From Xanthobacteraceae bacterium (GTDB taxonomy: Bacteria; Pseudomonadota; Alphaproteobacteria; Rhizobiales; Xanthobacteraceae), in assembly GCA_035295845.1 (NCBI GenBank), contig DATGIF010000027.1:120424-152423 (forward strand): a stretch of DNA of 32,000 nt, read 5' to 3'. Each line of letters opens with the position of its first letter. The stretch's first letter is position 1. Both the position numbers and the translations under genes were made by a program. Below, one piece after another: positions 24,268 through 31,751 of this stretch. The notes under the pieces were generated by a model. It did not search any database and was not told the DNA's origin. It worked only from the letters and a program-made list of their open reading frames with translations.

Positions 24268-24299
24268 TTATTGATTATCGCAGCGGGCGAAAAGCGCCG
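24268..24299. promoter_or_regulatory. Box B: TTATTGATTATCGCAGCGGGCGAAAAGCGCCG, in the GST / SDR divergent region
   Basis: Second copy of box A. On the minus strand GATAAT lies about 53 nt upstream of the GST ATG. Confidence 0.4.
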
Positions 24300-24335
24300 G
24301 AACCTCGCCCGCGCCGGCCGGGTTGATCCAGCACC

Positions 24336-25379
24336 ATGGCCGGCAATAAGAATTTACACGATCGCACCGTCGTCATCACCGGCGCCTCGGCGGGCGTCGG
24401 CCGCGCCACCGCGCACCGCTTCGCCCGCGCCGGCGCCCGGCTGGCGCTGATCGCCCGCGACGCCGCAGCGCTCGACGCGGTCAAGCGCGAGGTCGAGGAG
24501 CGCGGCGGCTCTGCGCTCGTGCTGCCGCTCGACGTCGCCGATGCCGACGCGCTGTTCGCCGCTGCGGATGCCGTGGCGGCGCAGACCGGCGGCATCGACA
24601 TCTGGATCAACGACGCCATGGTGACGGTGTTCGCGCCGGTGTGGGAGATTTCGCCGGACGAATTCCGCCGCGTCACCGAGGTCACGTATCTCGGCTTCGT
24701 GCACGGCACCATGGCGGCGCTGCGCCACATGCGGCCGCGCAATCGCGGCACCATCGTGCAGGTCGGCTCGGCACTGGCCTACCGCGGCATTCCGCTGCAG
24801 GCCGCCTATTGCGGCGCCAAGCACGCCATCCGCGGCTTCACCAATTCGCTGCGCACCGAGCTCCTTCACGCCGGCAGCGCCGTGGCGCTGACCATCGTCG
24901 AGCTGCCGGCGGTCAACACGCCGCAATTCGACTGGGCCAAGACCCACATGGCGCACCAGCCGCGCCCGGTGCCGCCGGTGGTGCAGCCGGAAGTCATCGC
25001 CGACGCCATCTTCCGCGCCGCGCTCAATCCGCGGCGCGAAGTTTGGATCGGCATGACCACGCTCAAGGCGATCTTGGGCAACATGGTGTTGCCGGAGTTT
25101 TTGGATCGTTATCTGGCGCGCAACGCCTACGAGGCGCAGGAGCGAATCACTTACGTCTCGGCCGAGCGGCGCGACAACCTGATACAGCCGGTCAGCGACC
25201 TGCACCGCACCCGCGGCAGTTTTAGCAACGAAGCCGCCAATCGCGCGCTCGCCGTGCCCGGTCCCCTCGCCCGCCTTATCCCGACCCTCGCCGGCGCGCT
25301 GACCGGATTGTCGCTCGGCGTGCTATTGGCGCGCGCGCTGCCGGCACTGCGCAACGGCCGGCACGGCTTTTGGCGCTGA
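24336..25379 (+). CDS. SDR-family oxidoreductase with a C-terminal hydrophobic anchor
   Basis: TGASAGVGRA cofactor motif, NDAM, and catalytic YCGAKHA (YxxxK). The C-terminal segment LIPTLAGALTGLSLGVLLARAL is hydrophobic. Confidence 0.85.
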   Translation: MAGNKNLHDRTVVITGASAGVGRATAHRFARAGARLALIARDAAALDAVKREVEERGGSALVLPLDVADADALFAAADAVAAQTGGIDIWINDAMVTVFAPVWEISPDEFRRVTEVTYLGFVHGTMAALRHMRPRNRGTIVQVGSALAYRGIPLQAAYCGAKHAIRGFTNSLRTELLHAGSAVALTIVELPAVNTPQFDWAKTHMAHQPRPVPPVVQPEVIADAIFRAALNPRREVWIGMTTLKAILGNMVLPEFLDRYLARNAYEAQERITYVSAERRDNLIQPVSDLHRTRGSFSNEAANRALAVPGPLARLIPTLAGALTGLSLGVLLARALPALRNGRHGFWR

Positions 25380-25392
25380 GCGACAGATGCGT

Positions 25393-25411
25393 GGGCGGAT
25401 TAGCCCTACGG
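25393..25411. repeat. Truncated REP element (GGGCGGATTAGCCCTACGG) between convergent genes
   Basis: The reverse complement CCGTAGGGCTAATCCGCCC matches the two ends of the CCGTAGGGCGGAT...TAATCCGCCC elements at 29624 and 31305. Confidence 0.45.
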
Positions 25412-27247
25412 CTACTCGCTGTCCGCCGCCAGCGGATGCCTGACCTCCGCCGCCGGCTCGCCCGGCGCGTGGCGGTGGTGGCGGCATTGGTCGGTGAGCA
25501 TGTAGGCGGTGTTGATCAGCGCGATGTGGGTGAGCGCCTGCGGAAAATTGCCGATCAGCCGTTTGGCGTCGGTATCGTATTCCTCGGACAACAGGCCGAG
25601 GTCACTGCGCAGCGACAACAGCTGCTCGAACAGCGCGCGGGCCTCGTCGCGGCGGCCAACCATCACGAGATTGTCGGCGAGCCAGAAACCGCATGGCAGG
25701 AACGCGCCTTCACCCGGCGGCAGGCCGTCGAGGCCGGCGTGACTGTCGTAGCGCATGACCAGGCCGTCGACGACGAGATGGCGCTGTATCGCCGCGATGG
25801 TGGAGCGTATGCGCGGATCGTCGGCCGGCAAAAAGCCGACCAGCGGAATGAGCAGTGCGCTGGCGTCGAGATGTTTCGAGCCGTAGCTCTGCACGAAGGC
25901 GCCGACCGCCGGATTGAAACCCAAGCGGCAGACCTGGTCGTGGATCGTGGCGCGCAGCGCCCGCCAGCGCTCGAGCGGCCCGTCGACGCCGAACTGCTCC
26001 ACGGTCTTGACCGCGCGGTCGAACGCCACCCAGGCCATGATTTTCGAATGCGTGAAGCGGCGGCGATCGCCGCGCGCTTCCCAGAGGCCGTGATCGGCTT
26101 CTTCCCAGACGGTTTCGAGGTGGTCGAGCAGAGCGCGCTGCAGATCCCAGCCGTCCTTGCTGCCGCCGAGTTCGCTGTGGCGGCCGTGATGCAGCACGTC
26201 CATCAGCTCGCCGTACACGTCGATCTGCAATTGCCTGACGGCGGCGTTGCCGGCGCGCACCGGCTTCGAGCCTTCGTATCCATCGAGCCAGTCGATCTCC
26301 CACTCGTCGATGCGACGCTCGCCGGTCAGCCCATACATGATCTGCACGCGCGCCGGATCGCCCGCCACCGCGCGCAACAGCCATTGCCGCCACAGGCCGG
26401 CGTCCTCGTAATAGCCGGCGTTCATCAGCGCCAGCAGCGTGAAGGTGGCGTCGCGCAGCCAGCAATAGCGATAGTCCCAGTTACGTTGGCCGCCGAGGCG
26501 CTCCGGCAACGACGTGGTCGGCGCGGCAACGAGGCTGCCGCTCGGCCGATGGGTGAGCGCCTTCACGGTGATCAGCGAGCGGGTGACGGCGGCGCTGTAT
26601 GGCTCGGCCCGCCGCGCGCCACGCGCCCAGTCGCGCCAATATTTTTCGGTGTCGGCAAGCGCCCGCAGCGGATCGCGCGGCGGCGGCGGCGGCAGATGCG
26701 AGGGGCCGTAGCTCAGCACGAACGGGATTGTCTGGCCCGCCGCGACGGTGAATTCGCCGACGGTCTTGAAATCGACGCCGCGGAGTTCGACCGGCGTGCG
26801 CAGCACCGTCATGTCCGGTCCGGCGATCGCGCACAGTGCATCGTCGCCGAGGCGCGTCACCCACGGCAGCTCGCCGCCGTAGTCGAAACGGATGACGTAT
26901 TCGGTGCGCATCGCGAGCCGGCCGCGCTTGCCTTCGACCAGGCGGACCAGGCATGGACAGTCGCCGCGCAGCGGCATGAAATCGGTGATGGTCGCCGCAC
27001 CGCTTGCGGTCTCGAACAGCGTTTCGAGAATGAGCGTATCGCCGCGATAGCGCCGCGAGATGCGCGTTGCCGGATCGACGGCACCGATGAGCCAGCGGCC
27101 GTTGTCAGGCGAGCCGAGCAGCGCCGCAAAGCAGGCGCCGGCATCGAAGCGCGGCCAGCACAGCCAGTCGACCGAGCCGTCGCGCGCTATGAGCGCGGCG
27201 GTTTCACAATCGCCGATGATGGCGTAATCTTCGAGCCGAGCGGACAT
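25412..27247 (-). CDS. Glycoside hydrolase family 15 (glucoamylase/trehalase-like)
   Basis: 611 aa with the typical N-terminus LEDYAIIGDCETAALIARDGSVDWLCWPRFD and the (alpha/alpha)6 catalytic region (RNWDYRYCWLRDA, GLWE). Confidence 0.9.
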   Translation of the reverse strand: MSARLEDYAIIGDCETAALIARDGSVDWLCWPRFDAGACFAALLGSPDNGRWLIGAVDPATRISRRYRGDTLILETLFETASGAATITDFMPLRGDCPCLVRLVEGKRGRLAMRTEYVIRFDYGGELPWVTRLGDDALCAIAGPDMTVLRTPVELRGVDFKTVGEFTVAAGQTIPFVLSYGPSHLPPPPPRDPLRALADTEKYWRDWARGARRAEPYSAAVTRSLITVKALTHRPSGSLVAAPTTSLPERLGGQRNWDYRYCWLRDATFTLLALMNAGYYEDAGLWRQWLLRAVAGDPARVQIMYGLTGERRIDEWEIDWLDGYEGSKPVRAGNAAVRQLQIDVYGELMDVLHHGRHSELGGSKDGWDLQRALLDHLETVWEEADHGLWEARGDRRRFTHSKIMAWVAFDRAVKTVEQFGVDGPLERWRALRATIHDQVCRLGFNPAVGAFVQSYGSKHLDASALLIPLVGFLPADDPRIRSTIAAIQRHLVVDGLVMRYDSHAGLDGLPPGEGAFLPCGFWLADNLVMVGRRDEARALFEQLLSLRSDLGLLSEEYDTDAKRLIGNFPQALTHIALINTAYMLTDQCRHHRHAPGEPAAEVRHPLAADSE

Positions 27248-27326
27248 CGCGCCAAATGTTGCGCCCGCAACTTAAACGCTGCGATGCAGCCGCCCGTTCC
27301 AGCCGTGCAATGGAGCCAAAAAGGTA

Positions 27327-29621
27327 ATGTCGACAAAACCAATGGGGGGCGGACAGATCGGCCGCTCCGTGCCGCGCCTCGAAGCCCGCGAAAAGGTCAC
27401 CGGCCGCGCCGAATATACGCATCTGATGCGGCTGCCCGGCATGCTGCACGGCAAGGTGTTTCGGAGCACGGTGCCGCACGGCCGCATCAAATCGATCGAT
27501 ACCAGCGCCGCCAAGGCGATGCCCGGCGTGTTTCGCGTCATCACCGCCGAGGACGTGGTGAAGGTGATTCCGAACCCCTATTACGGCCCGGCGTTTCACG
27601 ACCAGCCGATCCTGGCGATGGAAAAGGTGCGCTTCGTCGGCGAGCCGGTGGCGGTGGTGCTGGCCGCCGATCCGCACGTCGCCGAGGCCGCCACCCAGGC
27701 CATCGTCGCCGAGTACGAGGAGTTGGAGCCGGTCTACGACGAGGTCGAGGCGATGACCGCCAAGACCTACGTGCACGAGGAGCTGAAACCCGCCGGCACC
27801 TTCGCCGATCTCAAGCATCTCAAAGGCCAGAAAGACACCAACCTCGCGCTCAACGCCAAGCTGCGGCGCGGCGACGTCGACAAGGCGTTCGCCGAAGCGG
27901 CCCACGTGTTCGAGCACGAATTCCGCACGCAAAAATGTCTGCACGTGCCGTTCGAGCCGTTCGCAGCGATCGCAGATGCCAAAGACTCCAGCATCACGAT
28001 CATTACCGGCGCCCAGGGGCCGTCGTTCGTGCGCTCGGAGATCGCACGCCTCTTGGGCTGGCCTGAGAACAAGGTCCGCATAAAAGTGCCGTATCTCGGC
28101 GGCGGCTATGGCGGCAAGCTCTACATCAAGCTCGAAGCTTTGGTCACCGCCTGCTCGATGATCGCGCGGCGGCCGGTAAAAATCGCGCTCACCATGGAGG
28201 AGCAGTTTTATCAGATCACCAAGCATCCGGCGACGGTGCGGATCAAGACCGGCGTCGACAAGGCCGGCCGCATCACCGCGCGCAAGTGCGAGGTGTTCTG
28301 GAACGGCGGCGCCTACGCCGATATCGGCCCGCGCGTCACCCACAAATCCGGCTTCGTCGCCGGCGGTCCCTACGACATCGACAACGTCTGGATCGACTCC
28401 TACGCGATGTACACCAACATGACGCCGGCCGGCGCGCTGCGCGGTTTCGGCATGCCGCAGCTCACCTTCGCGTACGAGAGCGACACCGACATGATCGCCC
28501 GCGCGCTGAAAATCGATCCGGTGGAATTCCGCAGGAAGAACGTGTTGCGCGACGGCCGTCCGCAGGCGACCGGCACGATCCTGAAAGACGCGCCGCTCGA
28601 AGCCATCCTGGAGCATGTCGCCGACCGGCTGCGCTGGACCGACAAAGCGTTCGACCGCGGCAGCGGCACGCTCCGCCGCGGCCGCGGCCTCGCCATCGCG
28701 CTCAAGGCCTGCGTGTCGCCGACCACCTCGGTCGCCATCATCAATGTCGGCGCCGATGGCAGCCCGACGCTCTACATCTCCACCGTCGACATGGGGCAAG
28801 GCTCCGACACCGGCATGGCGCAGATCGTCGGCGAGGTGCTCAACATTCCCGCCGAGCAGGTGCGCGTGGTGGCGCGCGATACCGACGTGACGCCCTACGA
28901 CATGGGCACGCTCGGCTCGCGCTCGCTGTTCCACATGGGCCACGCGGTGCGGCTCGCCGCCGAAGACGCCCGCAACAAGATCGAGGCGCTACGCCGCGAG
29001 GTCGGCGAGCCGGAAGGCAGCAACACGCCGATCGCCGGCCTGTTCATCAAAAAATACGGCATGAAGGCCGGCAACATCGTCGGCACCGGCAGCTACCGGC
29101 CCGAGCACGTCGAGCCCGATCACGACACCGGCCTGTCGCCGCAGATCACGCCGTTCTGGATGGTCTCCGGCGCCGGAGCCGAGATCGAGATCGACACCGA
29201 GACCGGCCGGCTGCGCGTGCTCAAGCTCGTCAATGCGGTGGACTGCGGCACCAAGGTCAATCCGCGCATCGTCGAGACGCAGATCTCCGGCGCCGCGCTG
29301 ATGCAGCTGGGCTTCACGCTGTCGGAGAAGATGAATTACGACGGCGGCCAGGTCACCAACGCGTCGCTTGCCGACTACAAAATCACCGGCATCGCCGATA
29401 TGCCAGCGGTGATGATCAACGAGGCGATCGACGCCTATCAGCACAACGCGCCGTTCGGCGCCAAGGGCGTCGGCGAATCCTCGACCTTGGCGCTGTCGCC
29501 GGCCATCGCCAACGCCATCGACGACGCCATCGGCATCCGCCTCACCGAGCTGCCGCTCACCGCCGAGGCCGTGCTCCGGGCGCTGCGCGAGAAGGAAGGA
29601 CGGCCGCTGGAGGCGGCCTAG
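27327..29621 (+). CDS. Xanthine dehydrogenase / aldehyde oxidase family molybdopterin-binding large subunit
   Basis: 764 aa. It has an a/b-hammerhead N-terminus (GRSVPRLEAREKVTGRAEYT) and Mo-cofactor domains (GGGYGGK, GALRGFG, DMGQGSDT, GVGES). Confidence 0.9.
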   Translation: MSTKPMGGGQIGRSVPRLEAREKVTGRAEYTHLMRLPGMLHGKVFRSTVPHGRIKSIDTSAAKAMPGVFRVITAEDVVKVIPNPYYGPAFHDQPILAMEKVRFVGEPVAVVLAADPHVAEAATQAIVAEYEELEPVYDEVEAMTAKTYVHEELKPAGTFADLKHLKGQKDTNLALNAKLRRGDVDKAFAEAAHVFEHEFRTQKCLHVPFEPFAAIADAKDSSITIITGAQGPSFVRSEIARLLGWPENKVRIKVPYLGGGYGGKLYIKLEALVTACSMIARRPVKIALTMEEQFYQITKHPATVRIKTGVDKAGRITARKCEVFWNGGAYADIGPRVTHKSGFVAGGPYDIDNVWIDSYAMYTNMTPAGALRGFGMPQLTFAYESDTDMIARALKIDPVEFRRKNVLRDGRPQATGTILKDAPLEAILEHVADRLRWTDKAFDRGSGTLRRGRGLAIALKACVSPTTSVAIINVGADGSPTLYISTVDMGQGSDTGMAQIVGEVLNIPAEQVRVVARDTDVTPYDMGTLGSRSLFHMGHAVRLAAEDARNKIEALRREVGEPEGSNTPIAGLFIKKYGMKAGNIVGTGSYRPEHVEPDHDTGLSPQITPFWMVSGAGAEIEIDTETGRLRVLKLVNAVDCGTKVNPRIVETQISGAALMQLGFTLSEKMNYDGGQVTNASLADYKITGIADMPAVMINEAIDAYQHNAPFGAKGVGESSTLALSPAIANAIDDAIGIRLTELPLTAEAVLRALREKEGRPLEAA

Positions 29622-29623
29622 CC

Positions 29624-29659
29624 CCGTAGGGCGGATCATCAGCCGAAGGCGTAACCGCC
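29624..29659. repeat. REP element CCGTAGGGCGGATCATCAGCCGAAGGCGTAACCGCC
   Basis: Imperfect palindrome immediately after the stop codon. It belongs to the same family as 31305..31339. Confidence 0.5.
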
Positions 29660-29682
29660 GTTCGTCCCGTATCGCTAAGAAT

Positions 29683-29710
29683 GGCGGATTACACTGCCGC
29701 TAATCCGCCC
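29683..29710. repeat. REP hairpin GGCGGATTA-N9-TAATCCGCC
   Basis: Perfect 9-bp stem read directly from the sequence. Confidence 0.5.
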
Positions 29711-29831
29711 TGCGCGCGCGGTTCTGAGTGAAAATCTCGGTCGGCGCGCGGCGAAAACCATTCCCTGAAGCAGACCCACGTTCCATCGGGCGCGTTCATT
29801 CGCAAACAAATCCGGCAAATACGGCATTGTC

Positions 29832-29857
29832 GGAACGCAAACCGAAGGAACTGTGTT
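29832..29857 (+). promoter_or_regulatory. Weak candidate general-stress-type promoter GGAAC-N17-TGTT
   Basis: GGAAC at 29832-29836 and TGTT at 29854-29857, 32 nt upstream of ATG 29890. The -10 deviates from CGTT at one position. Confidence 0.3.
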
Positions 29858-29889
29858 GGCGTGATGGCTCAGCAATCATGGAGGAACAA

Positions 29890-30267
29890 ATGGCCAGCAC
29901 TGTAGATACCCGCCGCGAAACAGCCTCGCTCATCGGCAGCGACAAAGTGGAGGGAACCGCGGTGTACGGCGCTGATCAGCAGAAGATCGGCAGCGTGCAA
30001 CGGGTCATGATCGACAAGATCAGCGGCAAGGTCGCATACGCCGTCGTCTCGTTCGGCGGCTTTCTGGGAATGGGCGAAGACTACTTCCCGATGCCGTGGA
30101 CGAGTTTGAAGTACGACACCAATCTCGGCGGCTATCGCACGAGCATGACGGAAAACCAGCTGAAGGGCGCGCCGAAATACAATCGGAACACCGACTGGGA
30201 CTGGTCCGACCGGTCACGCGACCGCGCGGTGTACGATTATTATAAGACGCCGGTCTGGTATGAGTGA
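29890..30267 (+). CDS. PRC-barrel domain protein
   Basis: ATG 29890 is preceded by GGAGGA. The PRC-barrel core is LIGSDKVEGTAVYGADQQKIGSVQRVMIDKISGKVAYAVVSFGGFLGMGEDYFPMPW. An in-frame ATG at 29878 is an alternative, and the upstream part of track ORF 29728.. was rejected. Confidence 0.8.
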   Translation: MASTVDTRRETASLIGSDKVEGTAVYGADQQKIGSVQRVMIDKISGKVAYAVVSFGGFLGMGEDYFPMPWTSLKYDTNLGGYRTSMTENQLKGAPKYNRNTDWDWSDRSRDRAVYDYYKTPVWYE

Positions 30268-30387
30268 CGCGATAGATTGATCATCACAATGCCGGTGCTA
30301 AGGCCATGGCTGCTCCAGCGGCCATGGCCGATGCATGCCAGGGCCCATGCTCCATGAGCGGCTCAGTCAGCCGCGCCGGCATCTCGC

Positions 30388-30717
30388 TCAACTCCCGTCG
30401 AGCCATTTCTCGTTGCGCAGAGCCTGTTTGAACTGTCGGAACGCCGCGTTGAGATCGCGCGACTTATGGGTGTGCTGCGCCTCGACCAGCAGCGCGCGTG
30501 CAAAGGTCCAGCGCGGCAGCCGGGCCAGCTCGGGAGGCAGCTCCCGATCGATGGTATCGAGGGCTTGCTCGACGGTTTTTACGACAGAGCGCACCCCGGG
30601 TGCGCGAATGCAGACCTCGGTTGGAAACTCAAGTTTTGTGCCACCAAGTGCCGATGTTGGGACCTGTGGCCGTTCCTTGGCCATCGAGTGGACCCGCAGC
30701 TCCTTGCGGTCTTTCAT
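30388..30717 (-). CDS. Small protein, DUF982-like (tentative)
   Basis: The pattern VCIRAPGVRSVVKTVEQALDTI...LPRWTFARALLVEA...AAFRQFKQALR resembles rhizobial DUF982 proteins. The start is uncertain: TTG 30747, ATG 30717 or ATG 30684. Confidence 0.45.
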   Translation of the reverse strand: MKDRKELRVHSMAKERPQVPTSALGGTKLEFPTEVCIRAPGVRSVVKTVEQALDTIDRELPPELARLPRWTFARALLVEAQHTHKSRDLNAAFRQFKQALRNEKWLDGS

Positions 30718-30743
30718 TGCATCAGTGACGGCGGATAACGACG

Positions 30744-31049
30744 TCAAAGGGGTTGGTGCATTCTGCCCAGGAGCCAGCCAAGACCGAGCGCAACAGCCGC
30801 GGTGGTATAGGGCTGAGTTTCGATGGTCTTCCGCAGCAGCTTCTCAAATGACGCTGCCGTGTCGAGCGCCGTTTCTGCGGCTTCGCTGGTACTTTCGCGA
30901 GCCCGGCCGTACAGATCCTGGGCCGCACCTGTAACTTGGTTGGCAACGCCCTCAGCCTGCGTCCTGGTATCGCCGGTAACTCGGCCGACGCCCTCCTGCA
31001 GCTTGCCGCCGACGTTGCGAGCCGTGCCGCTTATACGATTCTCGTCCAT
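30744..31049 (-). CDS. CsbD-like general stress protein fused to a DUF883/ElaB-type C-terminal membrane anchor
   Basis: ATG 31049 is preceded by GGAGGA. The CsbD-like N-terminus is GTARNVGGKLQEGVGRVTGDTRTQAEGVANQVTGAAQDLYG. The C-terminal anchor is PYTTAAVALGLGWLLGRM. The upstream part of track ORF 30744..31343 is REP-derived read-through. Confidence 0.8.
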   Translation of the reverse strand: MDENRISGTARNVGGKLQEGVGRVTGDTRTQAEGVANQVTGAAQDLYGRARESTSEAAETALDTAASFEKLLRKTIETQPYTTAAVALGLGWLLGRMHQPL

Positions 31050-31075
31050 GACTTCCTCCAACTGGTTTGTCTGAG

Positions 31076-31100
31076 AACGCACCAAACTCCGAATCGTTCG
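31076..31100 (-). promoter_or_regulatory. Candidate general-stress-type promoter CGAAC-N16-CGTT
   Basis: The minus strand reads CGAAC (31100-31096), a 16-nt spacer, then CGTT (31079-31076). This ends 26 nt upstream of the CsbD ATG. The first base deviates from GGAAC. Confidence 0.35.
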
Positions 31101-31129
31101 GACGCCCCCCCGTTGTCTCTTTCCTCTCC

Positions 31130-31339
31130 CGTGATAGAGGCGAGGAAACCACCTTGCGTAGCAAGATGGTGGAGGGGGCGGCGGACTCGACGCTTCGTTT
31201 TCATTGCAGAATTTTCGGCGAGGCCTGCGCCCCCTCCACCGCGCTTCGCGCGGTCCCGCTCCCCCGCTTTCGCGGGGGAGGATGAAAGTGGCGCTGCCGC
31301 GGCGCCGTAGGGCAGATGAGCCGAAGGCATAATCCGCCC
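31130..31339. repeat. Cluster of GC-rich hairpin/REP elements
   Basis: Includes ACCGCGC-TTC-GCGCGGT, CTCCCCCGC-TTTC-GCGGGGGAG (perfect 9-bp stem near 31259-31280), and CCGTAGGGCAGATGAGCCGAAGGCATAATCCGCCC (31305-31339). Confidence 0.5.
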
Positions 31340-31361
31340 GCACGACCCGCCGATCAGAGGT

Positions 31362-31625
31362 CTACGGCTTCCCCTCCTCCACGATTGGCCAATCCTCCTC
31401 CACGATCTGCCGGTACGCTTCGAGCCAGACCCGGACGAGAAAGCGCCGCCCGTCGCGCTCGGCCAGGAAGGCGCGGTACAGCACCTCGGCGCCGAGGTCG
31501 GCGCCCGGCAATTTCATGCTTTCGACGACGCTTTGCAGGCTGAAGGTTTCCGGTACGCCGCCTCTGACCGCAGCCGGTGACGCGCTCTCTCCCCGTGGTC
31601 TCTCGTCGTCTTGGCGCTCTGCCAT
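31362..31625 (-). CDS. Hypothetical small protein (87 aa)
   Basis: Start at ATG 31625 (MAERQDDERPRGE...). The C-terminal half LYRAFLAERDGRRFLVRVWLEAYRQIVEEDWPIVEE looks structured. I recognise no family. It is divergent from an XRE regulator. Confidence 0.4.
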   Translation of the reverse strand: MAERQDDERPRGESASPAAVRGGVPETFSLQSVVESMKLPGADLGAEVLYRAFLAERDGRRFLVRVWLEAYRQIVEEDWPIVEEGKP

Positions 31626-31751
31626 CGTCCCGTGTCTTGGGCTTGTTGCACGCGCGCTGCTGCCGCAATCGCCGGTGTGCAGCATCATACCGAAATTCTG
31701 AGTAACGGAAAAGCCGTTTTATCGATTCGCCTCCTGTTGCCGGGAGGCAGA

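Noticed and set aside
25370-28943. Very long ORFs 25370..28066 (+, 898 aa) and 27204..28943 (-, 579 aa)
   Set aside because: They are antisense to the GH15 hydrolase and the molybdopterin subunit respectively. Both true genes have strong family motifs, and these ORFs are Arg/Ala/Gly-rich artefacts.
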